Positions 1 to 11,796 of a stretch of DNA of 64,000 nucleotides are shown piece by piece. The DNA is taken from assembly GCA_013416795.1 (NCBI GenBank), contig RQSC01000011.1, positions 50,721 through 114,720 of the forward strand. The letters are read 5' to 3'. The notes beneath the pieces are model-generated. The model made no database searches and had not been told where the DNA came from. It saw only the letters and a program-made list of their open reading frames with translations. Source of the stretch: Prasinococcaceae sp. CCMP 1430. Lineage: Eukaryota; Plantae; Prasinodermophyta. How positions within the stretch are numbered: position 1 is the stretch's first letter; the number at the start of each line of letters is the position of its first letter. A program made the position numbers and the translations under genes.

Positions 1-99
1 CCGCGCGGTTGCGCCGCGCCGCCGGCCCGTCTGGCGTCGCCGCGCGTGCCTGGCTTGGGTCGCGCGCTCGCGTCGTCGGCTCCGCCGCCCGCCGAGCAG

Positions 100-813
100 A
101 AGGTCTCCGCGACCAGCACCAAGAAGGCGGACTCCATCGGCCATGAAATCAAGGTGAACATGTCGCCCGCGAGCGGCGTCGCCGTCGAGGGCAAGGTCGA
201 CGCCAGCGGCAAGATTGGGTTCAAGGTGGACTACACAGACATTAAGAATGTGAAGGTGACTGCCAATGTGGCGGTGCCGGACGTGCTCGCCTCGGACGTC
301 GACCTGGTCGTCACGACGGGCGGCTCCACCGCCACCGAGACCACCATCGGCCTGTCCTCCACGCCGAAGGTGCACTTCGTTGCGTCGAACTCGGGCTTCG
401 TCTCGGGCATGACCTCCGCGGCCGAGCTGTCCTTCGACATGGCCAAGGGGGGCCTCTCCAAGTACGGCTTCGCGACGTCGTACAAGCAGGGCGACATGAC
501 CGCGGTGGCGCAGGCGACGGACAAGCTCGACACCGTCAAGGTGGGCCTGGTGCACAACTACTCCGACGCCTTCAGCTGGGCGGCCGAGTACGCCAAGAAG
601 CTCTCCAAGGACAGCAGCACCTTCACCGTCGGTCAGTCGTTCAAGATCGACCCCAGCAGCAGCATCAAGGCAAAGCTCGACAACAACGGCGTGCTCTCCG
701 CCGTGTACAAGCTCGAGGTCAAGAAGGGCACGAGCTTCGCCGCCACCGCCGAGATGTCCGCGCTGAACCTGGAGAAGGCGCCCAAGCTCGGCTTCACCGT
801 CTCCATGAAGTAG
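100..813 (+). CDS. VDAC: Voltage-dependent anion channel (mitochondrial porin), last exon; 5' exon(s) lie outside the window
   Basis: Beta-strand-rich porin-like translation ending IKAKLDNNGVLSAVYK...KLGFTVSMK. Acceptor CAG at 97-99 opens the in-frame exon at 100. Confidence 0.85.
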   Translation, partial: KVSATSTKKADSIGHEIKVNMSPASGVAVEGKVDASGKIGFKVDYTDIKNVKVTANVAVPDVLASDVDLVVTTGGSTATETTIGLSSTPKVHFVASNSGFVSGMTSAAELSFDMAKGGLSKYGFATSYKQGDMTAVAQATDKLDTVKVGLVHNYSDAFSWAAEYAKKLSKDSSTFTVGQSFKIDPSSSIKAKLDNNGVLSAVYKLEVKKGTSFAATAEMSALNLEKAPKLGFTVSMK

Positions 814-1140
814 GGGGGCGGCGAAGCAGGGCGGCGTGCGAGCGGCCATGCACGCTACGAGCGCCGCGACGAGGCTGATGCCCCCCTCTAGAGACACACA
901 CTTCGCGGCACGTAACGAACGCCATTTTTTGCACCGCGGCGACGGGCCCCCGCCGCCTCACCACTCCTCCCACGTGCGCACCCACTCCTCGGCCCTGCCC
1001 CGGCCCTGCGCCTGAGCAATTGACCACAGGCGCGCCTGTCTGCGCACACGCGCCTGCGTGTGCTCGCGGCATAATGAGCTGAAAATTAATCACTGCACTG
1101 ATCATTTGCGGCCTAACCCTGACGCCCAAGGGAAACGCGT

Positions 1141-3837
1141 TCACTCGCGCTTCGGGACGGCGGCCTTCGGGTGCGAGCGCATCTGTTGCTGCTGCTGCTG
1201 TTGCATCATGCGTTGCTGCTGCAGCTGCCGTTGCTGCATCTGCATGCGCTGCTGCTGCTGGATGGATACTTGCTGTGGCTGCGCCGCGCCCATGGCCCCG
1301 GGCGCCGGCGCAGCGGCGGCGTTGCCTTTGGCCGCCATCTGCATCCCCGCAACGATGGCCTGCGCGGCGGCCGCCGCCTGTGGATTGCCGTCGCGCGCTT
1401 TTTGCTGGAGCTGGTGCAGCATCTGGCGCTGCTGCACCGTCAGCCGGCCTGTGGTGGCTGCCTGCACGAGCGCTGCGACGCTGTGCGAGTGCGTACGCTG
1501 CCCACTCGTAGTGCCTCGTGCGGCCATCGCTTTGCGCTGCTGCTGCAGTCGTTCCTCCTCGTGCTGCGCAGCCATGTTGCGCATCGCGCGCTGCGGCACA
1601 GGGCGCAGCAGAGGGTCGCAGCGACGCGGTAGCACCATCCCCGCCGGGCCACAGGGCGTCATGTCCAGCAGCTGCATGGGAGTGAGTTTGCCGCCATTGC
1701 CGAGTTGCCTGACGGCGTTCATGTGGCTCTCGTGCATTTGCACCGTCGGCTGGTCCATGATCTGCTTCAGCTCCGACTCGCGCTTGGCGCGTGAGCGATT
1801 GTGGATGAATATCAGGCGCTCGGCGTGGCCCTTGAGGTCGTCGTCCGGGATGGGCAGGTAGCGCGCGAGCCACGTGCGCGCGTGCTGCTTGTTCATCTGC
1901 ATTTGCGCGAGCTGGGACTTGGTCATGTCCTGCGAGCCATCGGCGGGCGTCGCCAGGAACTTCCAGCGAGCCTTGCAGTGCGCCGGTGGGCGATATTTGC
2001 CCGTCATGGCCGCCTTGCCACCCAGCACGTCCGCAACCAGCCCCCAGTTTTGCCCGAACTCATGCACTATCGCCGCCAGAATATGGTCCTCTTGCGTATC
2101 CCAAGGGTGCGCCTGGGCGCGCGCGTCGGTGGCCTGCTGCGGTTGTGCCTTGGATTTGGACGACCTCTTTTTGGCGACGGGCTTTCCGTCCTTGCCCTTC
2201 TTTGCTGCGTCGCTGGCGCCGCCCGACGGCTTGTGCGAGCGCAGGGGCAGGCCGGTGCGCGCGGCCTCTTCGCGCGTCTCCGCGAATTGCTGCTTCCGCT
2301 TCTTGCCCTTCTTCTCTGGACCGCCAGGCTGCAAACCGTCGGCGCCCGGCACGCCTGGCCGGCCCTGCATCGACGTTCGCATGCGTTTCGGCGGCTGGAG
2401 CGGCTGGCCGCCCACGCCCTTGCGCTTGAGGTCGCCCTCCGCCCCCTCTGAGTCCTCCAGCTCTGACTGCGACGGCGCCGCCGCCGCCGCAGCTGCCGCG
2501 GCTGCCGCGGCCTTGCCCCTGCGCTTCTTCGGCTTGGCCTCCCCAGCCTGCGCCGCGTCGTTCGCTGCCTGGTTTGCGGCGTCCATCTCCGCCCGCTGGC
2601 GCGCAAGCTCGTCCAGCTCGGCCTGGCGCGCGCGTGCAAGCGCCTGCTCCCTTGCCTTGCGCTCGTGCTCATTGAAGGCCTCGAGGGCGGCCGCCTCCGC
2701 CTGCTCTGCCGCGCGCAGCGCCGCCTCAGCCTCGTTGAGGGCGGCGGCCGCGGCCACTCGCGTCGCGTTGCGCTCGAGCGCCGCATTCGACAGGACCGAC
2801 AACGACAGCGAGACGCCGTCGCTGCCCCCGTCGAAGAACAGAGGGCTATCGGGGCTCGGCGGCGAGGCGTCCTCCTCCTTCGGCTCGGGCGGCGGGATGA
2901 GCGGTAGCGGGCCGGCAATCGTGCGCACGAGGAACTCATCGTCCTTGAGGGAGCTCGCCGGAAGCTCATCGCAGATGACCTTCCCGGATTTCGCCTTTTC
3001 GTCCTTCGTGGTGCTCCTCGTGCTCTTGCGTCGCGATGAGCGCGGCGTCGGCGTGGCGTCGTCCTTGTCGGATGCCGCGTCGCCCCCACCCGCCTGGTTT
3101 GCAGCCTTCCCTTCGCCCTCGGGCACCACCTTGCCGTGCTCTTCCGCGTACTTCCGCAGTCCCTCAAGCCCCCCGACTGCGGCCGCCTCCCGCGCCAGCC
3201 GCGCGGCGATGCTGACCTTCCATCTCCTCTCCTGGATCACGTCAGTTGAGAGCCACCGCATCTCAGAGAGTACGAAATCCCAGTGCGCCGTGCACCGGCC
3301 TGGCACCGCCGCCGCGGGCGTCCCCGCGCCCGCGGACTTCACTACGCGCGCCAGCAGGGCCGTCCGCTGCCGTTCCTCCGCCAGCAACTCCTCCGCTCGC
3401 TCCAGAATGGTCGCCTCCCTATTCCGCCGCATGCGCTCGGCCACGAGCGCCTTCGCGCGCGCCTCCTGCGTCGTTGCCTCTGCCGCCGCGCCCGCTGCGC
3501 CGTCGGCAGTCGCAGCCTGCTTGGCGCCAGCCGCGCCGCCCTCAGCGCCATCTTTGGCGCCTTCCTCGCCGCCCTTGTCGTCGGGGGCAGGCTCGTCGTC
3601 GCGGGCGTCGAGCACTTCGACCTTCTCGTCGAACGCCACGCGCTTGTTGCCCCCCTTTGACGCGGACTCCTTCACCGCGGCCTCGACGTCCTTCTTCGTC
3701 GCCGCCGCGGGCTTGTCGAGCACCGACTCGCCCTTCTCATGGGCTGCGAGCTCAGCGGCGGCGTCTGCCTTCGCGGCCTCTGCTGACGCCGCCGCCGACG
3801 CCTTCTCCTTCTTGCTGCTGCGACGTGCCGAAGGCAT
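1141..3837 (-). CDS. EAF1: EAF1-like NuA4/SWR1 scaffold (HSA domain, SANT/Myb domain, Gln-rich tail)
   Basis: HSA motif HWDFVLSEMRWLSTDVIQERRWK and SANT motif WDTQEDHILAAIVHEFGQNWGLVADVL...CKARWKFL. First plausible ATG is at 3837 (MPSARRSSKK). Confidence 0.8.
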   Translation of the reverse strand: MPSARRSSKKEKASAAASAEAAKADAAAELAAHEKGESVLDKPAAATKKDVEAAVKESASKGGNKRVAFDEKVEVLDARDDEPAPDDKGGEEGAKDGAEGGAAGAKQAATADGAAGAAAEATTQEARAKALVAERMRRNREATILERAEELLAEERQRTALLARVVKSAGAGTPAAAVPGRCTAHWDFVLSEMRWLSTDVIQERRWKVSIAARLAREAAAVGGLEGLRKYAEEHGKVVPEGEGKAANQAGGGDAASDKDDATPTPRSSRRKSTRSTTKDEKAKSGKVICDELPASSLKDDEFLVRTIAGPLPLIPPPEPKEEDASPPSPDSPLFFDGGSDGVSLSLSVLSNAALERNATRVAAAAALNEAEAALRAAEQAEAAALEAFNEHERKAREQALARARQAELDELARQRAEMDAANQAANDAAQAGEAKPKKRRGKAAAAAAAAAAAAPSQSELEDSEGAEGDLKRKGVGGQPLQPPKRMRTSMQGRPGVPGADGLQPGGPEKKGKKRKQQFAETREEAARTGLPLRSHKPSGGASDAAKKGKDGKPVAKKRSSKSKAQPQQATDARAQAHPWDTQEDHILAAIVHEFGQNWGLVADVLGGKAAMTGKYRPPAHCKARWKFLATPADGSQDMTKSQLAQMQMNKQHARTWLARYLPIPDDDLKGHAERLIFIHNRSRAKRESELKQIMDQPTVQMHESHMNAVRQLGNGGKLTPMQLLDMTPCGPAGMVLPRRCDPLLRPVPQRAMRNMAAQHEEERLQQQRKAMAARGTTSGQRTHSHSVAALVQAATTGRLTVQQRQMLHQLQQKARDGNPQAAAAAQAIVAGMQMAAKGNAAAAPAPGAMGAAQPQQVSIQQQQRMQMQQRQLQQQRMMQQQQQQQMRSHPKAAVPKRE

Positions 3838-4463
3838 CGCGGAGGCTGGCCTGCAGCGTCCCACTGAGCGATCGAGCGAGCGCGCGTTGGGGGATGGATG
3901 GGGGAGGAGACCGCAGAGAGGTGAAGGGGGAGGTGAAGGGGGAGTGGGACGCGCTGCTGTCAGTTTTTGCGGTGCTTCGAATCGGGGCGGGCGGGGGTGG
4001 ATGGCAAGGCGCGGACGGGGGCGCTCAGCGACGCCTCGATCGCCGATCGCCAGCGCACGTGACGCCCGCCGGCGGGCTGTCGTGCGCGCGCGCCCCGGCG
4101 CCGGCCGCCCGGCCNNNNNNNNNNNNNNNNNNNNNNNNNNNNNNNNNNNNNNNNNNNNNNNNNNNNNNNNNNNNNNNNNNNNNNNNNNNNNNNNNNNNNN
4201 NNNNNNNNNNNNNNNNNNNNNNNNNNNNNNNNNNNNNNNNNNNNNNNNNNNNNNNNNNNNNNNNNNNNNNNNNNNNNNNNNNNNNNNNNNNNNNNNNNNG
4301 CGGCGCGCGCGCTGTGGCGCGCGGGGCTCGCGCGCTCGCGCGTGCGCCGCCAGGGCTGTTGTGGGCGCACGGGCAACCCCCGCAGCCGAAATATCGCGCG
4401 CCACTTTATTTCAGCCAGGTCAAAACGCATGTCGTGGCATGATATAAACCCTGAAATGGGACA

Positions 4464-4472
4464 AAACCCTAA
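4464..4472. promoter_or_regulatory. Telo-box-like motif AAACCCTAA upstream of EAF1
   Basis: Exact 9-mer in an AT-enriched intergenic patch. The telo-box is an established plant promoter element; function here is inferred. Confidence 0.4.
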
Positions 4473-4932
4473 ACATGCGCGCACGCGAAGTGCGCGCCCT
4501 GGAGAAGAAGGAGCGACCCGTGCATCCTGGCTGATGATAGACAACAGAAAATGCTCCGGGCACCGTTTTTTTTTTTTTTTCACAGGCCTCCGGCGCTTTC
4601 TTCCGGCGTTTGTTGGCCCACGAATCACCGTCAAAACAGCGCAGGCAAGCAGCGGCGCCCACCCCTACTGTGCACGCGCTCATGGGACGGAGCAGGCGCG
4701 GGAGCGGGGCGGCGGGAGCGGAAGTGAAGGCGCAGCGCATGGCATGCTCGCTCGTGCCGCAGCCCCCGGTCCGCCGCGCCGCGCGCAGCCCCTCCTTGCC
4801 TCTCATGTGGGCGAGTCTGGCGCGCCCGCTGTGTGTTGACAAAAATGTGAGGTCGGGTTACGGGATGCAGAGGCGTGCGGGCGTGCCTCCGCTCCGACGG
4901 CCAGCCTCGAGCCGGCACCCTCGAGGGTGCAA

Positions 4933-5690
4933 TCACCGCTGCCTGTGTGCGGGCTCGGCAGCCACCGCCAGGCCGGGCAGGCCGTTCTCGTAGCCCGCGT
5001 CGCGCGCGCGGCGGAGCCAGTCGAAGGCGTACATGCCGCCCCCCATGCCAATCGACGTCGCTGCGAGAACGCGGTTGCTCTTGACTGCGAGAGGGCCGAG
5101 TGGCGGGTGGCAACGGCGCGCGGAGCGCGTCATCGAGCCGTGGCGCGTCAGAAGCGAGACGCGGCACGTGCGTCGGCGGCGTTGTGGCGCACGCGCGCAG
5201 CGCGCACTCGGCGCACATGCGGCGCCCCGCAACGATGCGCGGGTTCGGCTTTTAGGGTTCGGCCAAGCTCGGAGCAGCCCGCATGTGGTGCAGCGGCGCC
5301 TGGCTGCGCGCTCAACGCACATGCAACACCGAAGAGCGCCGCCATGGCCTGCGCGCCGAGGGCCGCGTTCAGGGGATCGTCCTTCCCACGCACGGTCTCC
5401 GCAATCCCCTTGCCTGCCACATACGCCGCGCTCGCTGCGCCCATGAACGCGCCGTACTTCGCGACAGTGCCTGCCATTTGCGCACGCGCGTTCCACATGT
5501 ATGCGCGCACTGCCTCGGGCCCCTGCGCGGCGACCGCGCGCGCGGTGGCACCCTTGCCGCTAGTCTCCCTCCAATTGGCCAGGAAGAGCCCCAGGATGCA
5601 CCCGTAGGCGAACCCCTTCACGCCGGACTCGCCCATCTTCGTGCCGACATCGCGGTAGTCTGCGTCCTTGGACGGCGCCTCGGACGCCAT
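4933..5690 (-). CDS. Tim17/Tim22/Tim23-family membrane protein (possibly complex I B14.7/NDUFA11-like); exons 5690-5321 and 5084-4933
   Basis: Gly/Ala-rich TM helices with the family motif AETVRGKDDPLNAALG. A GTGCGT...CGCAG intron (5320-5085) joins in frame to FKSNRVLAATSIGMGGG. Confidence 0.7.
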
Positions 5691-6456
5691 CGCGGAAAGG
5701 CGCGCCGCGCCGCGCGCCGCCGCGGCGCCGCCTCACTCGTGCGCCGCGCCTTTTGGGCGCGGAGGGAGGGGGATTGTAGGGATGCGCGGAGGGGCTGGGG
5801 CAGCGGCGCGTCGCCGCGCTGCGGTGTGGCGCCCCCGCGCCGCTGCGCCCGTGGCCGGGTCGTGCACCTGGCCCCCACCTGCCCCACCGTCCCCCCCGCA
5901 CCCCGCGATGCTTTCGCGAAATCCTTTCCGCGAAAACGCACGCGCCCAGACGCGGACCTGACCACGCCCCGAAACCGCGGGAGTGTCCGCGCAACCGCCC
6001 GCAGGATTGCTGCGCATGCATGGCAAAACCAAAACGCACCCGCCGAACACCGGAACACGAAACACCCGGGAGCTGGCGGAGTTGCGGTTTGACCGGGCGT
6101 ACTTTTCAGTGTTCATGACCATGACCCAGCACCTGAATGCCATCCTTTTGTGCGCTCCCAAGTCCATCATTTAAGGTTCCTGTCGCCGTGGTCGGTACTG
6201 TGAACGAAGTGATATGCCATCCTCAGAAAAAGGGTTTGCATTATTTTTCTAAAAAAATCCTGGTCACTTCGAAAGCGATGAACAGGGAATAAAAGGGGAC
6301 ATCAAAAACCCGCCTGCGGCGAGGTCAAAGCGCAGGCGCAGGTCGGAACGCAGGCGGAGGGACCCGAGCGGCGGCGGCTGGCGGCGGCGGGCGGCGCGCG
6401 CACGCCCTGCGCGCCACACTGCGCGAGCGCTACGTTGCGCTTGTGCGGCTGCAGCC

Positions 6457-7344
<888 letters not shown>

Positions 7345-7583
7345 GCGCAGCACGCTTAAGAAATATCGGCCATTCCAGGCGGATCTAACTACATACAAGG
7401 CACCGTGCTGTGCTGCGCTGCCGCTGCCGAGGCGCTTCACAGCCCCGCATCGCCCAGCCCAGCCCAGCTTTGCACGACGCCGTGCATAGCACACGCGCCG
7501 CAAGCGCATGGGAGGGTCGCGTGGTCGCAGAGTACATTCTTTTCACAGGAGGGAGCGGACATGCCCGTCGAGCCCTGCAAGGC

Positions 7584-9647
7584 TCACTCGCGCATGCCGC
7601 TGTAGGTGTTCGGCCCGGGGGCGTTGCCCGAGGCCCCCTGTCCGCGCCTGCTCGACTTGGGCTTGGATCGCCACAGCATGCGGATGGGCGCGCCCGGGAA
7701 ACCGATGTCCTGCCTGAGCTGCTTCTCCATGTAGCGTCGGTAGTTTTCGGGAAAGAGGTCCGCGTCGTTGACGAAGAAGACGAAGGTGGGCGGTCGCGTA
7801 GCTGCCTGCGTGGCGTAGTAGATGCGCCCCTTGCGCCCGCCCTTGCCCGCGGGCGGCGACTTCCACGACGAGGCGTCGCGCACCACCATGTTGATCGTCG
7901 CGGTCGAGATGCGCCGCCGGTGCTCCGCCACGGCGTCGGCGGCGGCCGCCAGGACCTTGTCGACCCTGCTCTGCCGCTGCCGCTCCGACTGCGCGCTCGT
8001 GAACACCACGGTGGCCCAGTTGAGCTGCCGGAGGAAGATCTCCTTGATGTTCTTCTCGTACTGCGCCATCGTGGAGCTATCCTTGAGCGGCACCAGGTCC
8101 CACTTGTTCACCACCAGCACGCAGGCGCGCCCCTCGCGCTGGATGTGCTCGGCCAGTCGGCGGTCCTGCTCGGTCACGCCCTCCATCGCGTCAATCACCA
8201 GCGCCACGCAGTCGGAGCGCTTCACCGCTCGGAAGGCGGCCTCGATGGCCTTGGCCTCCAGCTTGGGGTCCATGCCAAGCCCACCACCGGCCAGCGCGGC
8301 GTCGCCCTTGGCCTTGGCCACCTTCGCCCTCTTCCTGATGCCCGCCGTGTCCACCAGCGTGAACTGCTGCTCCGCGTGCACGACGTCCGTGTCGCCAACG
8401 TCCATGGTGGTGCCGCCTACGTCCGACACGGCGCGCTCCTCTCGCCCCACGATGGCGTTTACCAGCGAGCTCTTGCCCACGTTGGGGCGCCCCAGGATGG
8501 ACAGCCGCACCGGCCCGGCCTCGCGCGCGGGCACGACGCGCCCGGCGAGGTCCCAGCCGTCGTCCGCGTCGTCGGCGTCGAGGCCGGCGCGCGCGTCGAG
8601 CTCCGCGAGCTCGTCGTCGTCGAGCTCGATTTCCACGTCCACGGCGTTCAAAGCGGGGGGCACGGCGTCGTCGTCCGCACTCACGACGTCGGTGCCCTCA
8701 GCTCCGCCCTCCGGCACCAGCTCGGCCTCATCCTTTGGCAGCGCCTCGACGAGCATGTCGAGCAGCTCGCCCGTGCCGGAGCCGGATATGGCCGACACAG
8801 GCACAGGCTCGCCCATCGAGAGCTCCCAGAAGGCAGCGGCTTGCACGTCGCCCTTGCTGAGGCTCTCGCACTTGTTGACAGCGAGCAGCAGCGGCTTGTC
8901 GCTGTGGTGCCTGCGCAGGTACGCCGCCACGTCCTCGTCCGCGGCCGTGGGCCCCGCCTGGCCGTCCACCACGAAGAGCAGCACGTCCGCGTCCGAGATG
9001 GCGCGCTGCGCGTGGTCGCGGATGACGCGCGGCAGCTGCGTCTCAGCGATATCCCTCCCGCGTCTCCCGCCCTTACCGCCGCGCAGCTTGTTGGTCTCGA
9101 AGGCCGCGGCCCCGCCGTCGGCGTCGTCGCTGAGGCCACCGCAGTCCACCAGCGTGTACGTGCGCCCGCACCACTCCGCCTCGCGCGCGAGCCTGTCGCG
9201 TGTCACGCCCGGCCGCCCGTGCACGATGGCGAGGTCGGAGCCCACAAGCCTGTTGAACAGCGCAGACTTGCCCACGTTCGGCCTGCCGACGAGCGCCACC
9301 GTCGGCAGCGGCCCCGCCGGCGCGTCGCCGCCGCCATTCTCCACCCCCGCCGCCGCCACGCCCGACCGAGAGGCCCGCGCGCGCGCGGGTGCGCCACGTT
9401 TGAGGAAATCGTCAGCAAATCTGCGGGCCGGCAAGCCGCGGACACCCTCCTTCCGCAGGCCCGGCGGACCCTGTACGGAACCAAACACATGGAGCGGCGC
9501 CGCGGCGGAACCGCGGCCCGCGCCGGACAAAATTGTGCACGCGGTGCCGCGGGGGAACCGCCGGACAAAATTGTGCACAGCGGTGGTTGCGTGTTGCCAA
9601 CGCACGGCGAGAAGCAGTTCTGTCGGCATATTCTGAGTGCGTTTCAT
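7584..9647 (-). CDS. der: Ribosome-biogenesis GTPase Der/EngA (two G domains plus KH-like domain), probably organellar; start uncertain
   Basis: Two GRPNVGKS P-loops, DCGG/DTAG and NKCE/NKWD motifs, C-terminal YYATQAATRPPTFVFFVN...GFPGAPIRMLWR. The N-terminus above ~9420 is unresolved and may be spliced. Confidence 0.92.
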   Translation of the reverse strand: MKRTQNMPTELLLAVRWQHATTAVHNFVRRFPRGTACTILSGAGRGSAAAPLHVFGSVQGPPGLRKEGVRGLPARRFADDFLKRGAPARARASRSGVAAAGVENGGGDAPAGPLPTVALVGRPNVGKSALFNRLVGSDLAIVHGRPGVTRDRLAREAEWCGRTYTLVDCGGLSDDADGGAAAFETNKLRGGKGGRRGRDIAETQLPRVIRDHAQRAISDADVLLFVVDGQAGPTAADEDVAAYLRRHHSDKPLLLAVNKCESLSKGDVQAAAFWELSMGEPVPVSAISGSGTGELLDMLVEALPKDEAELVPEGGAEGTDVVSADDDAVPPALNAVDVEIELDDDELAELDARAGLDADDADDGWDLAGRVVPAREAGPVRLSILGRPNVGKSSLVNAIVGREERAVSDVGGTTMDVGDTDVVHAEQQFTLVDTAGIRKRAKVAKAKGDAALAGGGLGMDPKLEAKAIEAAFRAVKRSDCVALVIDAMEGVTEQDRRLAEHIQREGRACVLVVNKWDLVPLKDSSTMAQYEKNIKEIFLRQLNWATVVFTSAQSERQRQSRVDKVLAAAADAVAEHRRRISTATINMVVRDASSWKSPPAGKGGRKGRIYYATQAATRPPTFVFFVNDADLFPENYRRYMEKQLRQDIGFPGAPIRMLWRSKPKSSRRGQGASGNAPGPNTYSGMRE
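9521..9578. repeat. Short direct duplication, CGCCGGACAAAATTGTGCAC x2 (9521-9540, 9559-9578)
   Basis: Identical 20-mers read directly; the flanks are also partly duplicated. Confidence 0.9.
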
Positions 9648-9747
9648 CTGATGTCGCACCAGACATGAACTCGCGTCGGCTCAAAGAGGCACGGGACGAG
9701 GCGTCGGTGGGCGCGTGGCGTGCGGGAGGGCGGGCGCAGATAAATGT

Positions 9748-9756
9748 AAACCCTAA
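9748..9756. promoter_or_regulatory. Telo-box-like motif between Der and the small + strand ORF
   Basis: AAACCCTAA in a divergent intergenic region. Confidence 0.4.
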
Positions 9757-9978
9757 CCTAAATGTACCCAGGATGGGTTCGCGCGCGGGCGGCCCGGAGC
9801 ATGGCTGCCCAGGGCACTTGACCGTGGAACCCCCCGTGGCGAGGGGTGCGCGGCCGCGAGAGCGCGCGGCGGCGGGGAGGCCCGCGCGGGCGCCAGAGCG
9901 CGGGCGGTGCGCGAGGGGGGAGAAGAGGGGCGAACGGGGACGCGTAGGGACGGTGGGGGGGCGGAGGAGCCGGTGGCG

Positions 9979-10508
9979 ATGGAGGACTTCGAGGTGCGGG
10001 CGCGCGGCCGCCGCGCGACGCCCCTCGCAACCCCTTTCTCGGCACGCCTCCCTGTGCGCGCTGCGCTGCAGAGGCGCGAACGATGCGGAGGGGGTGGGGC
10101 GGGGGACACGGGGGATCAGGGGATGTGCGCGGGGCGAGCGCGGGCGTGTCGAGGATGGGCCGGTGTGCGTGGTGCGTCTGCGCGTGCGCGCGCTGACCCG
10201 ACGGTATCGCGCTCTTGTCCCTGCGTCCGGCGCGACGGGTGCGTGCTCAGGTCGAGGAAGCGAAGCAGAGCGCAGCGGACGCGCTCTCGCAGGCGTCGGT
10301 GGTGTCGATGCTTGCGATGGCCTCGGGACGCTCACCGGCACGCGTGAGGATCGGTCTCATGCGTGAGCTCGCGGGCATGGCCGATGTGGAAGCTCAGCGC
10401 GAGGAGGCGCGCCAGCAGCACGCGCGCGAGCATCCGCCGGCACAGCAGCAGCAGTGGACCTCGGCTGCCGCGCAGACGGACGACGCGGCAGTCCAGCCGC
10501 AGACGTGA
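9979..10508 (+). CDS. Small hypothetical protein (~90 aa); exons 9979-9993 and 10251-10508
   Basis: ATG GAG GAC TTC GAG, GTGCGG donor, CTGAC branch-like motif, CTCAG acceptor, then in-frame VEEAKQSAADALSQ...QPQT*. GC3-rich codons; no family recognised. Confidence 0.5.
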
Positions 10509-10746
10509 CGGAACGCGGGTACCCTCAGGAACCACACCCTCTTGCGCCAGCCCGCCGGCTCGTCGCGCGCGCGTTGTATTATTACTGTATTTGATTTACA
10601 TCCTGCGAGCGCTCGCGCTGCACACTGGCGCCCCCCTCTCTTTCCGAGCGCACATGCGACACGCTGCACATCGCGCCACTACCGGGAGCACGTGGCGAGC
10701 GCGACCAGGCGCAGCAGCGCGAAGCGTGGACGAGAGTGCCCTCGCA

Positions 10747-11234
10747 TCACTGCGCATCCCCATCGGCCTTTGCCAGCGCCGCGCGAATCTCGGCGAGCGT
10801 CTCAGCCTTGATGGCGTCGGGCACACGCGCCTGCGCCATGGGAATCACTTCCTTCACAAGCTCGTCGACGGAGAATCGCTCCAACCCCCGAGCCTTGACG
10901 AGCTCTTGGCATTGCGCCTTGAGCTCGTCGCGCCAGCCGCATTCGACGAGCCGGCTTCGGAGCTGCGCCTTGAGCCTGCGGGCAGTAGCGGGCACCACGG
11001 ATGGCAGGTGGGGCGCGGTGCGCGGGCGAGGGAGGCAGCGAGAGGGGGACCCTCGAGTGTCAGAGGCCTCGCGCGCGACAGAGGTGCCGCCATACGCCCC
11101 ACAAGAGCGCACGCACGGGGGGTGGGGGTGGGCAGGAGAGGCGCAGCGAGCGCTCACCTCTCCTTGTCGCCTGAGGCGATCATGGACGCGTGCACGCGGC
11201 CGTCGAGCGCCGGTGCTGGCGTGCGGCCCTCCAT
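10747..11234 (-). CDS. ENY2: ENY2/Sus1 (SAGA DUB module and TREX-2 subunit); exons 11234-11158 and 10975-10747
   Basis: Spliced product ...MIASGDKER/LKAQLRSRLVECGWRDELKAQCQELVKARGLERFSVDELVKEV matches the ENY2 consensus. Confidence 0.9.
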
Positions 11235-11465
11235 CCTCCTCCCAAGCCCCCACCAACCCCGCCCCACCCCACGTCACTTCCCGGGCCCGTCCGCCCGCCC
11301 CTCACGCCAAAGCGCCCCCCCGACCCCCAAACCGAACCCTTTGAGTAGCCCCACCCTCGCCCTCGCTGTCTGCTCGGCGCCCGGCGACCCGCCGCCGCCG
11401 CAGCGCGTGCGCTGTGGCGTGGGGAGGGTGCGCCCCTGCGTCTCCTCTCCCATGTGCACTGGTTT

Positions 11466-11483
11466 GATACAAAATTTTGTATC
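11466..11483. promoter_or_regulatory. Perfect 18-bp palindrome GATACAAAATTTTGTATC in the ENY2/TBCB divergent intergenic region
   Basis: The sequence equals its own reverse complement; a regulatory role is inferred. Confidence 0.45.
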
Positions 11484-11796
11484 TGCCGTGCAAAAAAACG
11501 GGACTTGGTAATTTTGGCGGGTGTCTTCCGGGGTTTCGCACGGCCGGCCGAGGGCGTTCCCATTGCATTTTTGGTTCGGTTGCGAATTCGCGGTTTTGGT
11601 TCCGGCGCGCGGCAGCGCACACCGCGAGACCTTCCGGAAAGAACAGCGCCCGCGCAGCGATCGGGTGTTGACCGGCCGCCGCGAGCGGGGGGGAGGGAGG
11701 GGGGGAGGGGGCCGCCGGCGTGCCGCCGCTGTTGCCACTCGCCGCGCGACGCGCGACGCCCCGCCGCGCCCTCGTAAGGAGGCGCGCCCCGGCTTG

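Noticed and set aside
3838-4404. N-terminal extension of EAF1 through the first gap
   Set aside because: Low-complexity GC-rich sequence and Ns upstream of a good ATG at 3837.
6100-6175. Possible C/D snoRNA on the minus strand (ATGATGG...CTGA)
   Set aside because: Imperfect C box, only a 3-bp terminal stem, and no rRNA or snRNA target recognised.
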